A DNA stretch of 64,000 bases from Candidatus Levyibacteriota bacterium (GTDB lineage Bacteria; Patescibacteriota; Microgenomatia; Levybacterales; UBA12049). The notes under the pieces are model-generated. The model saw nothing but the letters and a program-made list of their open reading frames with translations. It did not search any database and was not told the DNA's origin. Where the stretch lies: positions 124,707 through 188,706 of the forward strand of contig JAJDCG010000002.1 of NCBI GenBank assembly GCA_029260965.1, given 5' to 3'. How positions within the stretch are numbered: position 1 is the first letter of the stretch; every line of letters begins with the position of its first letter. The position numbers were made by a program, and so were the translations under genes. Below are positions 50,778 through 59,986 of this stretch, piece by piece.

Positions 50778-52385
50778 TCAGACGAGCACTGATTTTATTG
50801 TTTCTCCCACCACAAGGTTTGTTCTTCCTTTCCGTTCTGTATCCAGTGCAAAATCTATAGCCTTTTCTATTCTAGCAGAGGCTAATTTCTTATCTCCAGT
50901 TAAAATCATCCCCGCAGGATTATCTGGCATTCGCATAAAAGCTCTGTGCTTTCCCCAACCATGGGTATAAGCGAGCTGATCTAATTCGTACATTTCGTCT
51001 CTAACGGCTGAAACATCCGCTCCTCTTAGGTCATATCCGTCAATTGTGGTAACGCCCTCCCATACAATTTTTTGTATTTCTCTAGGAGAGGGATATCTGT
51101 TTGTTAAGCCGGTAACAGCAAGAACCCCGTCAGTATAATTTGTAAATCTAGCGTTTGACTCAGCCACATAGTAACCGTATTCTTTGCCCATTTTTCGTCT
51201 CAGTTCTGCTTCCCTGGGGCCAGGAAGCATAATGTCTACATTCACAATTCCACTAATTTCCTCATATGATATTCCCCATTTTTTAGCTGTTTCTTTTATA
51301 AATGCTATGAAATCATCTGTTGTTTTTTCTTCATAAATTGCTTGAAGTCTTTTAAGATGAGGATTGTCAGGCTGGTATCTTTCTGTTCCTCTGCATGCCA
51401 TTGTTCCCTCTTGTTGTATTTGTCCGTTCCATCCTAAGCTTTCTTCATCGCCTTTGTTGATAACAATTGATAGTCCAGGTGAATCTACAATATCCATAAA
51501 CCTTGTTACAACAAATTGAGGATTTGCGTCTCTATTGAACGAACTATCCAAGATCCTTTTTGCTTCTTTAATAGCTTGTCTCCAGTTACCATTTCTGTAT
51601 ATTTTTTCCGTTTCTTTACCATCTACCTCTTCCGTTATTGGCTTACTATTAATAATTACGTGAATTCCGTCAGTTTTTTCGTAAATTATTACGTTTCCTC
51701 CATAGTTTCCATCAGATTCGTCAGCTCTAATTACGACTCCAAGAGGGTATGTGTTTGACATATCATGTTCTGTGTATAAATCTTGCGCTTCATTTAAGAC
51801 TCTGATGGATTCACGTTCTAACGTGTCAAGATTAGCAATACGATAATCAGGGATTTCAAATCCTCCAACTTGAGAATCTCTAACTATTTCATGAAAATTG
51901 ACTTTATTCTTTAGTTTCGTGACCATCTCAGGGGGTAGTCCCCATGATTCTTGACCGAGTGCTCTTATATCTGCTTGAGTATGAGATGTATGAATATATG
52001 GCACTACTAGTGTGTTTGCAGGATGATGACCATTTTGTATTTCTTTAAGTTCATAAACATTCAGTGCTCTTATCGCAGTTCCACTCAAATAGGCTGCGTG
52101 ATCACACACTCTTGAGGTTTTTCTCCGAACCAGTATTCCGGCTTCTCTCCTGCTCCAATCCAAAGCCCCAGCTCTTGGTCCATAATGTCCCTCAATTTCT
52201 AATGCCTCTTGAGGTGATACACCAGGAAGAACATGGTGGATGTTTTGCCAATGTAATGATATCTTGATTTCCACCCCATCAGATGTGTGGGATGGGAAGA
52301 TTGACTGGTCTCTTCCTCTGATTGTTTCTGTCCTACTCATAACAATAAAAAACCCGCTCATTTTGGCGGGTAATATAGTTGACAC
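50778..52385 (-). CDS. hypothetical protein, 535 aa
   Basis: Long clean ORF with moderate GC; no motif recognised. Confidence 0.5.
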   Translation of the reverse strand: MSTILPAKMSGFFIVMSRTETIRGRDQSIFPSHTSDGVEIKISLHWQNIHHVLPGVSPQEALEIEGHYGPRAGALDWSRREAGILVRRKTSRVCDHAAYLSGTAIRALNVYELKEIQNGHHPANTLVVPYIHTSHTQADIRALGQESWGLPPEMVTKLKNKVNFHEIVRDSQVGGFEIPDYRIANLDTLERESIRVLNEAQDLYTEHDMSNTYPLGVVIRADESDGNYGGNVIIYEKTDGIHVIINSKPITEEVDGKETEKIYRNGNWRQAIKEAKRILDSSFNRDANPQFVVTRFMDIVDSPGLSIVINKGDEESLGWNGQIQQEGTMACRGTERYQPDNPHLKRLQAIYEEKTTDDFIAFIKETAKKWGISYEEISGIVNVDIMLPGPREAELRRKMGKEYGYYVAESNARFTNYTDGVLAVTGLTNRYPSPREIQKIVWEGVTTIDGYDLRGADVSAVRDEMYELDQLAYTHGWGKHRAFMRMPDNPAGMILTGDKKLASARIEKAIDFALDTERKGRTNLVVGETIKSVLV

Positions 52386-52507
52386 TACTCTTACTCCGCC
52401 CTCACGGGTTAATAAAGAGTATGAGAGATAGTGTGACTGATTTATTTAGTTTTTTCATCATCTTATTTGGAGTATAACAAAATATATCAGGCTGTCAATC
52501 CCCAAAC

Positions 52508-53152
52508 CTATCCTACCTGTGTTGCGACTGCCCGTTCTCCCGATAGACCAAATGTTGTTCCATGTTTTTTGAACATATTCCAGTAGGATTTTGCACCCTT
52601 CTTACTCTTTAATGCATTTAGCCAATTTCCTGAGTCTTCAACGTTTTGTCTTGCTTGTTTAATAACAATGAGCATCCATTCGAAGAAATTGACATGATAT
52701 GTTCCTTTTTGGGTTTCATCCAGAGTAATTGCAACTTCAGCAAATTCAACTTCCAGTTCTTTGGAGGATGCTACCAAATCTTTTAATTCTTTTAGAATTT
52801 CATCAACCTTGCGGTTAACCTCGTTGTTCATCTGTTTTAGAGATCTTTCTGAACCTCTCACAATCTCGCCATGATAGTTTATGGCAGCCTCAATTCTCAT
52901 TTCAGGCTTTGATTCCTCCTCGTGTGTTTGGGTTTGTTTGGATGCGTTGAAAATATCGATTGAACCATCAGAGTTTGTTTTGTTTGATTCTTTTTTAGAT
53001 CCAGGTAAGCTGTAGTCAATGAGTTGACTGAAGAGGTCAGCAGTCCCACTGCTCAAATTGGCTTTAATAGCTTCATTAAAATCCGATCCAAGCTCCTTGA
53101 CTGATTCAAGTGGATTTTTTGTATATGACTGTTTTTGTTTTTTCCCTGCCAT
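52508..53152 (-). CDS. hypothetical protein, 214 aa
   Basis: ORF only. Confidence 0.5.
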   Translation of the reverse strand: MAGKKQKQSYTKNPLESVKELGSDFNEAIKANLSSGTADLFSQLIDYSLPGSKKESNKTNSDGSIDIFNASKQTQTHEEESKPEMRIEAAINYHGEIVRGSERSLKQMNNEVNRKVDEILKELKDLVASSKELEVEFAEVAITLDETQKGTYHVNFFEWMLIVIKQARQNVEDSGNWLNALKSKKGAKSYWNMFKKHGTTFGLSGERAVATQVG

Positions 53153-53167
53153 GTCAGGCTGATCCTA

Positions 53168-54001
53168 TCACAATCCTATAAGAAAATCAAGAGTTTTTTG
53201 TTGTCTTAGGATTGCTGCCAGCATGTAACGGTTTCCTTCAAGATTTTTTTTCTCTTCAGGTGATTTTGCTTTGTTTATTGCCTCATCTATTTCTTTATTG
53301 TCCACTGTTATATTTTCAGCTTCAGCAATCTTTGAAAGAATAAATTCAAGTTTTATGTCGTTCTCAGCGCGTGTCTTGTATTCGCTTCGTAGATCATCTG
53401 CCGATCTTTTGGTAGATGCAAGGTATTGATCAAGCGATAGACCGAGCTTTTTGACATCCTCCAGAAGTTGTGAAAGAAGCCTGTCAGCCTCTTGCTCAGC
53501 CAGGATGTTTGGAATTGGTGCTTTTGCACTGTCAAGAAGTGCTTTCATAATCATATCTGTTGACGGCTTTTGGGGTTCTTTGCCAGGAAGCACAATTTTT
53601 GATTTAGCTGTGACATCTTTTACTGCTTTTTTGTAGTCTCCAGGATCAATTTCAGGTACCTCACAGGTGAGTGCGCTAAACGTCCAGTCCTTGCCCTCTT
53701 CGATTTCCTCTATATGAATTTTGGGGTTCATAATAGGACGTATGTTGTGCTCTGTAATCGCTTTGCTGTAATGTTCTGGAAGAAGTTTTTTAAGCACTTC
53801 TTCTTTTACATGATCTTTATTGAGCTTTTCCTCAATGATTTTTTTAGGAGCTTTTCCAGGTCGGAAACCTTCAATCTTGGCTGATTTTACGAATTCTTCA
53901 ATTGTATCATCCCAAAGTTTTTTAATTGCAACTTGAGGAATCGTAATTGTCAGTTTTATTGTCTTATCTTCGAGTCTTTCTATTTTTGATTTTGTTACCA
54001 T
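53168..54001 (-). CDS. tig: trigger factor-like ribosome-associated chaperone, short form lacking the PPIase domain
   Basis: The N-terminal ribosome-binding signature GFRPGKAPKK is followed directly by a C-terminal-arm-like region. 277 aa versus about 430. Confidence 0.65.
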   Translation of the reverse strand: MVTKSKIERLEDKTIKLTITIPQVAIKKLWDDTIEEFVKSAKIEGFRPGKAPKKIIEEKLNKDHVKEEVLKKLLPEHYSKAITEHNIRPIMNPKIHIEEIEEGKDWTFSALTCEVPEIDPGDYKKAVKDVTAKSKIVLPGKEPQKPSTDMIMKALLDSAKAPIPNILAEQEADRLLSQLLEDVKKLGLSLDQYLASTKRSADDLRSEYKTRAENDIKLEFILSKIAEAENITVDNKEIDEAINKAKSPEEKKNLEGNRYMLAAILRQQKTLDFLIGL

Positions 54002-54076
54002 ATATTGTGTTTTAAGCTGTTATTTAATTTTTGTTATTTAAAAACTTTTATTATTGCGAAATCTGCTTTGCAGATG

Positions 54077-54159
54077 TGCGGACGAAGGGACTTGAACCCC
54101 CACGCCCTTACGGGCACAAGTTCCTAAAACTTGCGTGTCTACCATTTCACCACGTCCGC
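54077..54159 (-). tRNA. tRNA-Leu (anticodon TAG), long variable arm
   Basis: Reverse complement GCGGACGTGGTGAAATGGTAGACACG CAAGT-TTTAGGA-ACTTG TGCCCGTAAGGGCGT GGGGGTTCAAGTCCC TTCGTCCGCA. Confidence 0.8.
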
Positions 54160-54188
54160 TCATTCCTTCCGAATATATTATAAAAGAT

Positions 54189-54785
54189 TTAGATTGAAAT
54201 GGAAAGGGCCTCGATACTTACTTTTTTTTCAAAAGATTCAATTTGCTCATAAAAATGTGTTACTTTTGATGCCCATCTGGGATCAGCTGCGTAAATTAAG
54301 CCGATTTCTTTTATATTGGTTGCGCTCCATTTGTCCATATACTCTGTTCTTAGAGCTCGTGAAACAACACCTATTCCATCTTCCCACGACGAAAACCTCC
54401 GAACATTATTGCCATACACACCATAACCCCAAGCATTATAAGAATTGTATGGGATCATCTGACCAAAGTATGATTCATTTCCAGCTATTGAGGCAACAAG
54501 CTTCCAATCAAGATTGTTTTTGTCAGCCTCTTTCACAAACACACTTGCATATGGTGCAAGAGGAGAATTGTATGATTCTAGATAGTCTTTCAGAATTTGT
54601 GTTCTATTGTCAATTTTTTTAGCCTCAATTTCAGTTGCAAGTGCAGCAGAAGATGCCGACACTCGAGCCTCAGCCTGAGCGGGGTTAAAGAGTAGGATTA
54701 ATACAAGGGTAGTAAATATAAGTTTTTTCATAGAAATTAATAAATTTAGAATCGGGAGTCTTTTAGTCAAGATCGCATAATTCAA
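54189..54785 (-). CDS. secreted protein, putative glycoside-hydrolase/lysozyme-like (paralog A)
   Basis: Signal peptide. Conserved ...IAGNESYFG... and W/G-rich motifs (NAWGYGVYG) shared with the downstream paralog. Confidence 0.5.
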   Translation of the reverse strand: MNYAILTKRLPILNLLISMKKLIFTTLVLILLFNPAQAEARVSASSAALATEIEAKKIDNRTQILKDYLESYNSPLAPYASVFVKEADKNNLDWKLVASIAGNESYFGQMIPYNSYNAWGYGVYGNNVRRFSSWEDGIGVVSRALRTEYMDKWSATNIKEIGLIYAADPRWASKVTHFYEQIESFEKKVSIEALSISI

Positions 54786-54926
54786 GCCGAAAAATATAGA
54801 ATTTATTTAGTCTTATATTTTTAGGGCAAAAAAAATCCTAACGCAAGTGTTTTGGGCACTTGCCTTAGGATCTAATGAGGATTATAACATATAACTATGG
54901 GTTTGTCAACCCCCAAAGTTATAGGA

Positions 54927-55499
54927 CTATTTGATTTGTTCCATGAAAAAGTTGACTCCTTTTGCCCAGGATCCATCACTAGATGGTGTATACATAGACA
55001 TTATCTCCTCGGGAGTTACTAAGCCATGTTTGTCTCTGTAGCGAGTGCCAAGTGCTTTTGATACTGTATAGATCCCTTCGTTGTAGTCTTTGAAGCGTGT
55101 TACTGTGGTTCCGTATATGCCAAATCCCCAACAGTTATGTGAGTTATCAGGTATCACACGGCATGCTCCTGATTCTTTCATAGAAATTGCAGGTAGGAGT
55201 CTATAGTCGAGACCATAATCATCTGCTGCATTCACGACATCTACTGAATAATCAGCCAAAGGTGATTTATATCGCACAAAAAATTCCCTTACTTTTTCAG
55301 CGCGTTTTGCAGAGTCTTCAGTTATTGCTGCTGAGAGAACATTTTGAGCAGAAGGAAGTGCAGCAAAGGTAACATTTTTGCCATATGCCAGTGTGGTGTG
55401 GGAAGTACTACTGTATAGAATAAAGAAGAATATTAGTCCGAAAACAAATATAAATGGTGCAATAATAAAGAAAGCCGTAATGGTGAAATACTTTCTCAT
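54927..55499 (-). CDS. secreted or membrane-anchored protein, paralog B of 54189..54785
   Basis: N-terminal TM or signal; ISMKESGA...HNCWGFGIYG mirrors the paralog A motifs. Confidence 0.5.
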   Translation of the reverse strand: MRKYFTITAFFIIAPFIFVFGLIFFFILYSSTSHTTLAYGKNVTFAALPSAQNVLSAAITEDSAKRAEKVREFFVRYKSPLADYSVDVVNAADDYGLDYRLLPAISMKESGACRVIPDNSHNCWGFGIYGTTVTRFKDYNEGIYTVSKALGTRYRDKHGLVTPEEIMSMYTPSSDGSWAKGVNFFMEQIK

Positions 55500-55579
55500 G
55501 GAGTATAACCATACTTACAAAACTAAAGATATTTGTCAAGCAGGTTTGCTTCTGGTAAAATTGGAAAACGTCTGAGTAA

Positions 55580-55662
55580 GCCCAGGTGGCGGAATGGTAG
55601 ACGCGCTGGCTTCAGGTGCCAGTGCCCTCAAGGGCGTGGAGGTTCAACTCCTCTCCTGGGCA
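55580..55662 (+). tRNA. tRNA-Leu (anticodon CAG)
   Basis: GCCCAGGTGGCGGAATGGTAGACGCG CTGGC-TTCAGGT-GCCAG with a long variable arm and a T-arm GGAGGTTCAACTCCTCT. Confidence 0.85.
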
Positions 55663-55701
55663 CAAATATTAGCTGATAATAAGTCGCAGGAAGCTAAATA
55701 T

Positions 55702-55784
55702 GCGGATGTGGTGAAATGGTATACACGCTACCTTGAGGTGGTAGTGCTCGCAAGGGCGTGGAGGTTCAACTCCTCTCATCCGCA
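55702..55784 (+). tRNA. tRNA-Leu (anticodon GAG)
   Basis: GCGGATGTGGTGAAATGGTATACACG CTACC-TTGAGGT-GGTAG; the variable and T arms are near-identical to the preceding tRNA-Leu. Confidence 0.85.
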
Positions 55785-55891
55785 CATTTGCAATACAAAT
55801 GAGAAAAATTTTTAAAATTATGAATCGGCTCAAAAAATTAATTGTAGATAATTAGAAAGATTTACAGTAGAATGAATTTTGCTTTGCAAAA

Positions 55892-55964
55892 GGACGATTA
55901 GCTCAGTTGGTAGAGCGCTTCATTTACACTGAAGATGTCGCGGGTTCGAATCCTGCATCGTCCA
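55892..55964 (+). tRNA. tRNA-Val (anticodon TAC)
   Basis: GGACGATTAGCTCAGTTGGTAGAGCG CTTCA-TTTACAC-TGAAG ...GGTTCGAATCC...ATCGTCCA. Confidence 0.85.
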
Positions 55965-55968
55965 CATT

Positions 55969-56041
55969 GCTGAGGTAGCCAAGGTGGTCAAGGCACCTGT
56001 CTGAAGAACAGGCCATGTCAGTTCGACTCTGACCCTCAGCA
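55969..56041 (+). tRNA. tRNA-Phe (anticodon GAA)
   Basis: GCTGAGGTAGCC...CCTGT-CTGAAGA-ACAGG...GTTCGACTC...CCTCAGCA. Confidence 0.8.
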
Positions 56042-56175
56042 CACAGCATTATTTGCTTATGCGTCCTCTTTGAATTTCTTATAACTGATGTTTTTCCTCA
56101 CTTTTTGCCCAAATTAATAGTTATAGGTTATGGTTCATTATTATTTCTAAGCTTGGAATTTATACACTATACGAC

Positions 56176-56204
56176 TTGACAAATGTAAAAAAGTAGTATA
56201 TACT
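56176..56204 (+). promoter_or_regulatory. promoter TTGACA, 17-nt spacer, TATACT, upstream of the Rpf-like gene
   Basis: Followed by a GATTGAGATTAATCAATAGTTGATCTCAG hairpin or palindrome in the 5' UTR. Confidence 0.45.
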
Positions 56205-56266
56205 TTCCACTTCTGATTGAGATTAATCAATAGTTGATCTCAGCCAGACATACAATTTAATATATT

Positions 56267-56968
56267 ATGCTTGGAACAATACTTACAAGTATTATTTCCT
56301 CAGCTTTACTCCTCTCAACACCTTTTCCATCTTCACAATCAGCCACAAACAGCTACATATTTACGCGTGTTCTCCCTCAGGAGAATTACGTAGCTCATGT
56401 GGTGGAGGAAAAAGACACACTCTCAAGAATTGCTCTTGAGCGCTACGGAGACAAGGATTACTGGATAAATATCTGGAAAGATAATCCAGAGATAAAAAAT
56501 CCAGATGATCTTGAGATTGGTACGTTTTTGAGAATTAGTATGGAAAAACCTGATAAGAAGTTTGAGCTGGAGCAGAAAGAGAATTCTGAACCTGAAAATG
56601 AAGCACCATCTCTGCCTACAATTCAGCCTACCGAAACTGTCGCATTACCTACAACAGTTCCTAATCTACCAGAGCCAGAGGTAACTGAGCTGCCTCCAAG
56701 TCCGAATGTCTTGAATGATGCGCAGATCACATACCTTGGAAACTGCGAAGCAGGTATGGATCCGACAAAAAATACCGGGAATGGTTACTATGGAGCTTTC
56801 CAGTTCTCATACGGCACTTGGAAAAGCATGGGTACAGGTTATGAAAGGGCTGATTTAGCACCACTTGAGGTTCAGGTCGATGCTGTACAGAGACTTCTTT
56901 CCAGATCAAGTATTTACACACAATTCCCAGGTTGTGCTCGCAAAATGGCAAGTGCTGGTCTTTTGTAA
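56267..56968 (+). CDS. LysM-domain protein with a C-terminal Rpf-type (transglycosylase-like) domain
   Basis: N-terminal signal/TM and a LysM (HVVEEKDTLSRIALERYGD...). C-terminal CEAG...NTGNGYYGAFQFSYGTWKSMG...ADLAPLEVQVDAVQRL closely parallels the resuscitation-promoting-factor catalytic domain. Confidence 0.8.
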   Translation: MLGTILTSIISSALLLSTPFPSSQSATNSYIFTRVLPQENYVAHVVEEKDTLSRIALERYGDKDYWINIWKDNPEIKNPDDLEIGTFLRISMEKPDKKFELEQKENSEPENEAPSLPTIQPTETVALPTTVPNLPEPEVTELPPSPNVLNDAQITYLGNCEAGMDPTKNTGNGYYGAFQFSYGTWKSMGTGYERADLAPLEVQVDAVQRLLSRSSIYTQFPGCARKMASAGLL

Positions 56969-57013
56969 CGCTACTTTTTTTATCTCCCCCTTTTTGGTAA
57001 AATGAAATTCATT

Positions 57014-57084
57014 GCGGCTATAGCATAATGGTAGTGCGTCTCGTTGCCAACGAGAATACACGGGTCCGATTCCCGTTAGCCGCT
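57014..57084 (+). tRNA. tRNA-Gly (anticodon GCC)
   Basis: GCGGCTATAGCATAATGGTAGTGCG TCTCG-TTGCCAA-CGAGA ...GGGTCCGATTCCCG TTAGCCGCT. Confidence 0.85.
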
Positions 57085-57142
57085 CATCTTACAGACCTCT
57101 TACTTGAAAAATACGTGATAACTTGTTAAGTTATATCTAATT

Positions 57143-57763
57143 ATGTTCACTCTTCCTGATCTTCCATATGAATACGACGCATTGGCGCCATTTATTAGTA
57201 GTCAGATCCAGCATTTGCATCATGACAAGCACCACAGAGCCTACGTGGACAAGCTCAATATTGCGCTTGAGAAATATCCAGACTGGCAGAATAAAAGTAT
57301 AGAGGAAATAATAAAGTCTCTGGACAATCTCCCGGATGATGTCAAAACTGCTGTGCGTAATAACGGTGGCGGACACTACAATCATTCAATGTTTTGGGAG
57401 ATGATGGCGCCTGCTTCAAATCAGAGCCCCACGGGTGCATTGCTTGACAAGATTCAACATTCCTTTGGCGATGTTGATAGCTTTAAGAAGCAATTTGGTG
57501 ATAATGCGATGAAAATTTTCGGTAGTGGTTGGCAGTGGTTGATTCTGGATGGAGACAGAGTTTCACTTTTTTCAACTCCCAATCAGGACAATCCTCTCGA
57601 AAAGGGTAAGGCTCCCCTACTGGGGCTTGACGTTTGGGAGCATGCTTATTATCTGCAGTATTATAACCGCAGGCCTGACTATGTCGAGGCGTGGTGGAAT
57701 GTGGTTAACTGGGACAATGTTGCCCGTAGACTAGATGAGGCTATGAAAAGCAAGCTTGTTTAG
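57143..57763 (+). CDS. sodA: Fe/Mn superoxide dismutase
   Basis: LPDLPYEYDALAPFIS...HHDKHH, with the metal ligands and DVWEHAYY motif. Confidence 0.9.
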   Translation: MFTLPDLPYEYDALAPFISSQIQHLHHDKHHRAYVDKLNIALEKYPDWQNKSIEEIIKSLDNLPDDVKTAVRNNGGGHYNHSMFWEMMAPASNQSPTGALLDKIQHSFGDVDSFKKQFGDNAMKIFGSGWQWLILDGDRVSLFSTPNQDNPLEKGKAPLLGLDVWEHAYYLQYYNRRPDYVEAWWNVVNWDNVARRLDEAMKSKLV

Positions 57764-58139
57764 GATTGTGATTTTTTAACCTCTTCAAAGATCTCTAACA
57801 AACTCTTTCCGAGTCTCTGTTCTTGATCAGCTAGCATAGCTTTGCTTAGGAGTAAATCCTTCTGTTGTGTTTTGGGGAGGTGGATCAAGATAAGGAATCA
57901 TCTCTTTTCCCATATGGGCTATTATATCAAGCAAAAATGTACAAAATCAAGGACAATTTTTAGCTGGTTGATTGTGGATTTTTGGCTCGGAATAAAAAAT
58001 GAGTTGCCCAGGAATAGCTGATATGCTTTAGTATGTTGCTAGGGAGCTGCTGTCTAATATGCCCATTTTTCTTTGCATTACTGATTACTCGAGTGATAAT
58101 ATATTCAGCCCAAATCAAATAGTCATTTATTTGTTTTTT

Positions 58140-59459
58140 TTACAAAGATAGCATGTCCTTGATGAAGTATGCTTGTCTTTTTTGTTTTGTTTTATTATCT
58201 ATTTTGGCAAGCTCCTCTTCCTCTTTTTTGGAAAGTTGTTGTAGCTTCTGATCTAGCTGTAATACCTCATCATTTACCATCAGCGCAGTTGAATTAATAC
58301 CCAGCAGCTTTATGCCATTTAATGTTCTGACGCGGGAGAGGGCGACATAACCCATTCCTGGTTCAAACGCCTTTGAGAGATCAATCACAGCTGTATCAAG
58401 ACTCATTCCCTGGCTTTTATGAACTGTGATAGCCCAGGCAAGTCTGAGTGGGACTTGGGCAATTTGTGCAAGCACTTTGTCGTTTTCTTCTATTTTCCAG
58501 CTCTCTGGTGTAGCGATAATTTTTTTCTTATTTATCGTTTCAACAATTGGATTGTTTTCCTCATCAAATCCAACAATTTTGCCTTGAGTTCCATTGACAT
58601 AGCCTTTGTTGAAATTATTTTTGACAAACATCACCACTGCTCCCTTTTTCAAGACCAGCTCCTCAGGCGCGAGGCAACTTTTTTTCAGCATATCTACCAG
58701 TGTTTTATTGCCAATTGCTGCCATGTTGTAAGTTTGTGAAGCCTCCTTTATCTTTGTTAATTCAGTATTATTGATCGCATCAACATCAGCGTTATGTGCA
58801 AAAAGCTTGGTGGGTTTGATATCTGTTTGAAGTTTCTTGTTTAGTCTTTTTATAAGTAAACTTTTTGTGGTCTCAGAAAGAGTATTGTTTCGTATTTCTG
58901 TAAGAATTTGCAAAAATTGCATATCTTCCTGGCGGAACTGCTCATGCAAATAGCAAATCTTGATATCCATTTTGGTCCAAACCTCAGACATATGAACAAA
59001 TTCACCCTTTACCCCATTTCTGCTTACAGGTGGTAGTTGGAACAAGTCCCCGCACAAAATTACCTGCATGCCCCCAAATGCCAGTTGGTTGTTTTTGAAA
59101 GCCTGACAAATTCGGTTAACCATATCCAGTCTGAAAGAATGAAGCATGGATACCTCGTCAATCACAAGCACATTTGTTTTGGCAAAGGTTGATTGTAGAT
59201 GAGGCTTCCAGAGAAGCGCCTCGATCTCAGTATCAGTTATTTGATCTTTTATCCCGATTCCAGAAAATGAATGGATTGTCTTGCCGTTCATGTGTGTTGC
59301 TGCGATTCCAGTTGATGCTGTTACCCCTACGCCTATACCATTGCTTTTTAGATATTTGATGTAAGTATTTAGAAGATGTGTTTTTCCTGATCCAGCAGCG
59401 CCCGTGAGGTAAACATTGTGTCCGAGTTTTAGTAAGTCAAGCGCGTTTTTTTGAGTCAT
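58140..59459 (-). CDS. PIF1/RecD-like SF1 DNA helicase
   Basis: Walker A GAAGSGKTH and the motif II (VLVIDEVSM) of the AAA_30 / UvrD_C_2-type architecture. Confidence 0.75.
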   Translation of the reverse strand: MTQKNALDLLKLGHNVYLTGAAGSGKTHLLNTYIKYLKSNGIGVGVTASTGIAATHMNGKTIHSFSGIGIKDQITDTEIEALLWKPHLQSTFAKTNVLVIDEVSMLHSFRLDMVNRICQAFKNNQLAFGGMQVILCGDLFQLPPVSRNGVKGEFVHMSEVWTKMDIKICYLHEQFRQEDMQFLQILTEIRNNTLSETTKSLLIKRLNKKLQTDIKPTKLFAHNADVDAINNTELTKIKEASQTYNMAAIGNKTLVDMLKKSCLAPEELVLKKGAVVMFVKNNFNKGYVNGTQGKIVGFDEENNPIVETINKKKIIATPESWKIEENDKVLAQIAQVPLRLAWAITVHKSQGMSLDTAVIDLSKAFEPGMGYVALSRVRTLNGIKLLGINSTALMVNDEVLQLDQKLQQLSKKEEEELAKIDNKTKQKRQAYFIKDMLSL

Positions 59460-59541
59460 AGGTCAAGACCTAGTGTAGCATTTATGGAGCAAAGTAAAAA
59501 CCTAAATACAACACCCCAAAATTCTCAAGCACGTTAGGGTG

Positions 59542-59856
59542 TCATTGTGTGAATTGGAATGCTTTGAGAAAATTGTACAGTTTGCGACCGTAGGGTGAGA
59601 GTGTGTGTTCAACAAAGCGACCCTTATATTTTTTATTAAGAAGTCCTGCTATATAAAGTCGTCTAGTGTGCTCCCCTATTGTTTTTTCATTTGCTTTTAG
59701 TTTTTCGACAATGTCTTCAAGTGTTACTCTAGGTTTTTCAGCGACAAAAAATAAAATCTCGATCCGATAATGATTGGCCACTCCTTTGAGATGTCTCTCC
59801 ATCTGCAGTGATGTTTTTAACTTACTCATATATTTATTATTACATAATACCCTCAC
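59542..59856 (-). CDS. small winged-helix transcriptional regulator (ArsR/SmtB-like)
   Basis: About 100 aa with an HTH-like core (RIEILFFVAEKPRVTLEDIVEKL). Confidence 0.4.
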   Translation of the reverse strand: MRVLCNNKYMSKLKTSLQMERHLKGVANHYRIEILFFVAEKPRVTLEDIVEKLKANEKTIGEHTRRLYIAGLLNKKYKGRFVEHTLSPYGRKLYNFLKAFQFTQ

Positions 59857-59986
59857 ATTCTCAAGTATGTTGGTATATTATTTTGTTGTAAACTTGGAGC
59901 CTGGAGAGACCGAAAAATCTCGGCAAGCGAACCTTCCTAGTCCCGGGGGTTGAATAACTTCGAGTGTAAGGATTTAAGTGTAGAAA

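Noticed and set aside
54131-54622. 163-aa plus-strand ORF
   Set aside because: It is antisense to the better-supported secreted paralog gene (54189..54785) and overlaps tRNA-Leu(TAG). Its composition is His/Cys-rich nonsense.
55594-55815. 73-aa plus-strand ORF
   Set aside because: It overlaps two tRNA-Leu genes; its translation is an artefact of tRNA sequence.
59905-59986. CTGGAGAGACCGAAAAATCTCGGCAAGCGAACC...CCCGGGGG segment, superficially reminiscent of a glycine or other riboswitch core
   Set aside because: Only the GGAGAG / ACCG fragments match. The conserved GCCGAAGGAGCAA-type elements and the second aptamer are absent. It more likely holds a simple hairpin and the promoter of the downstream wHTH gene on the minus strand.
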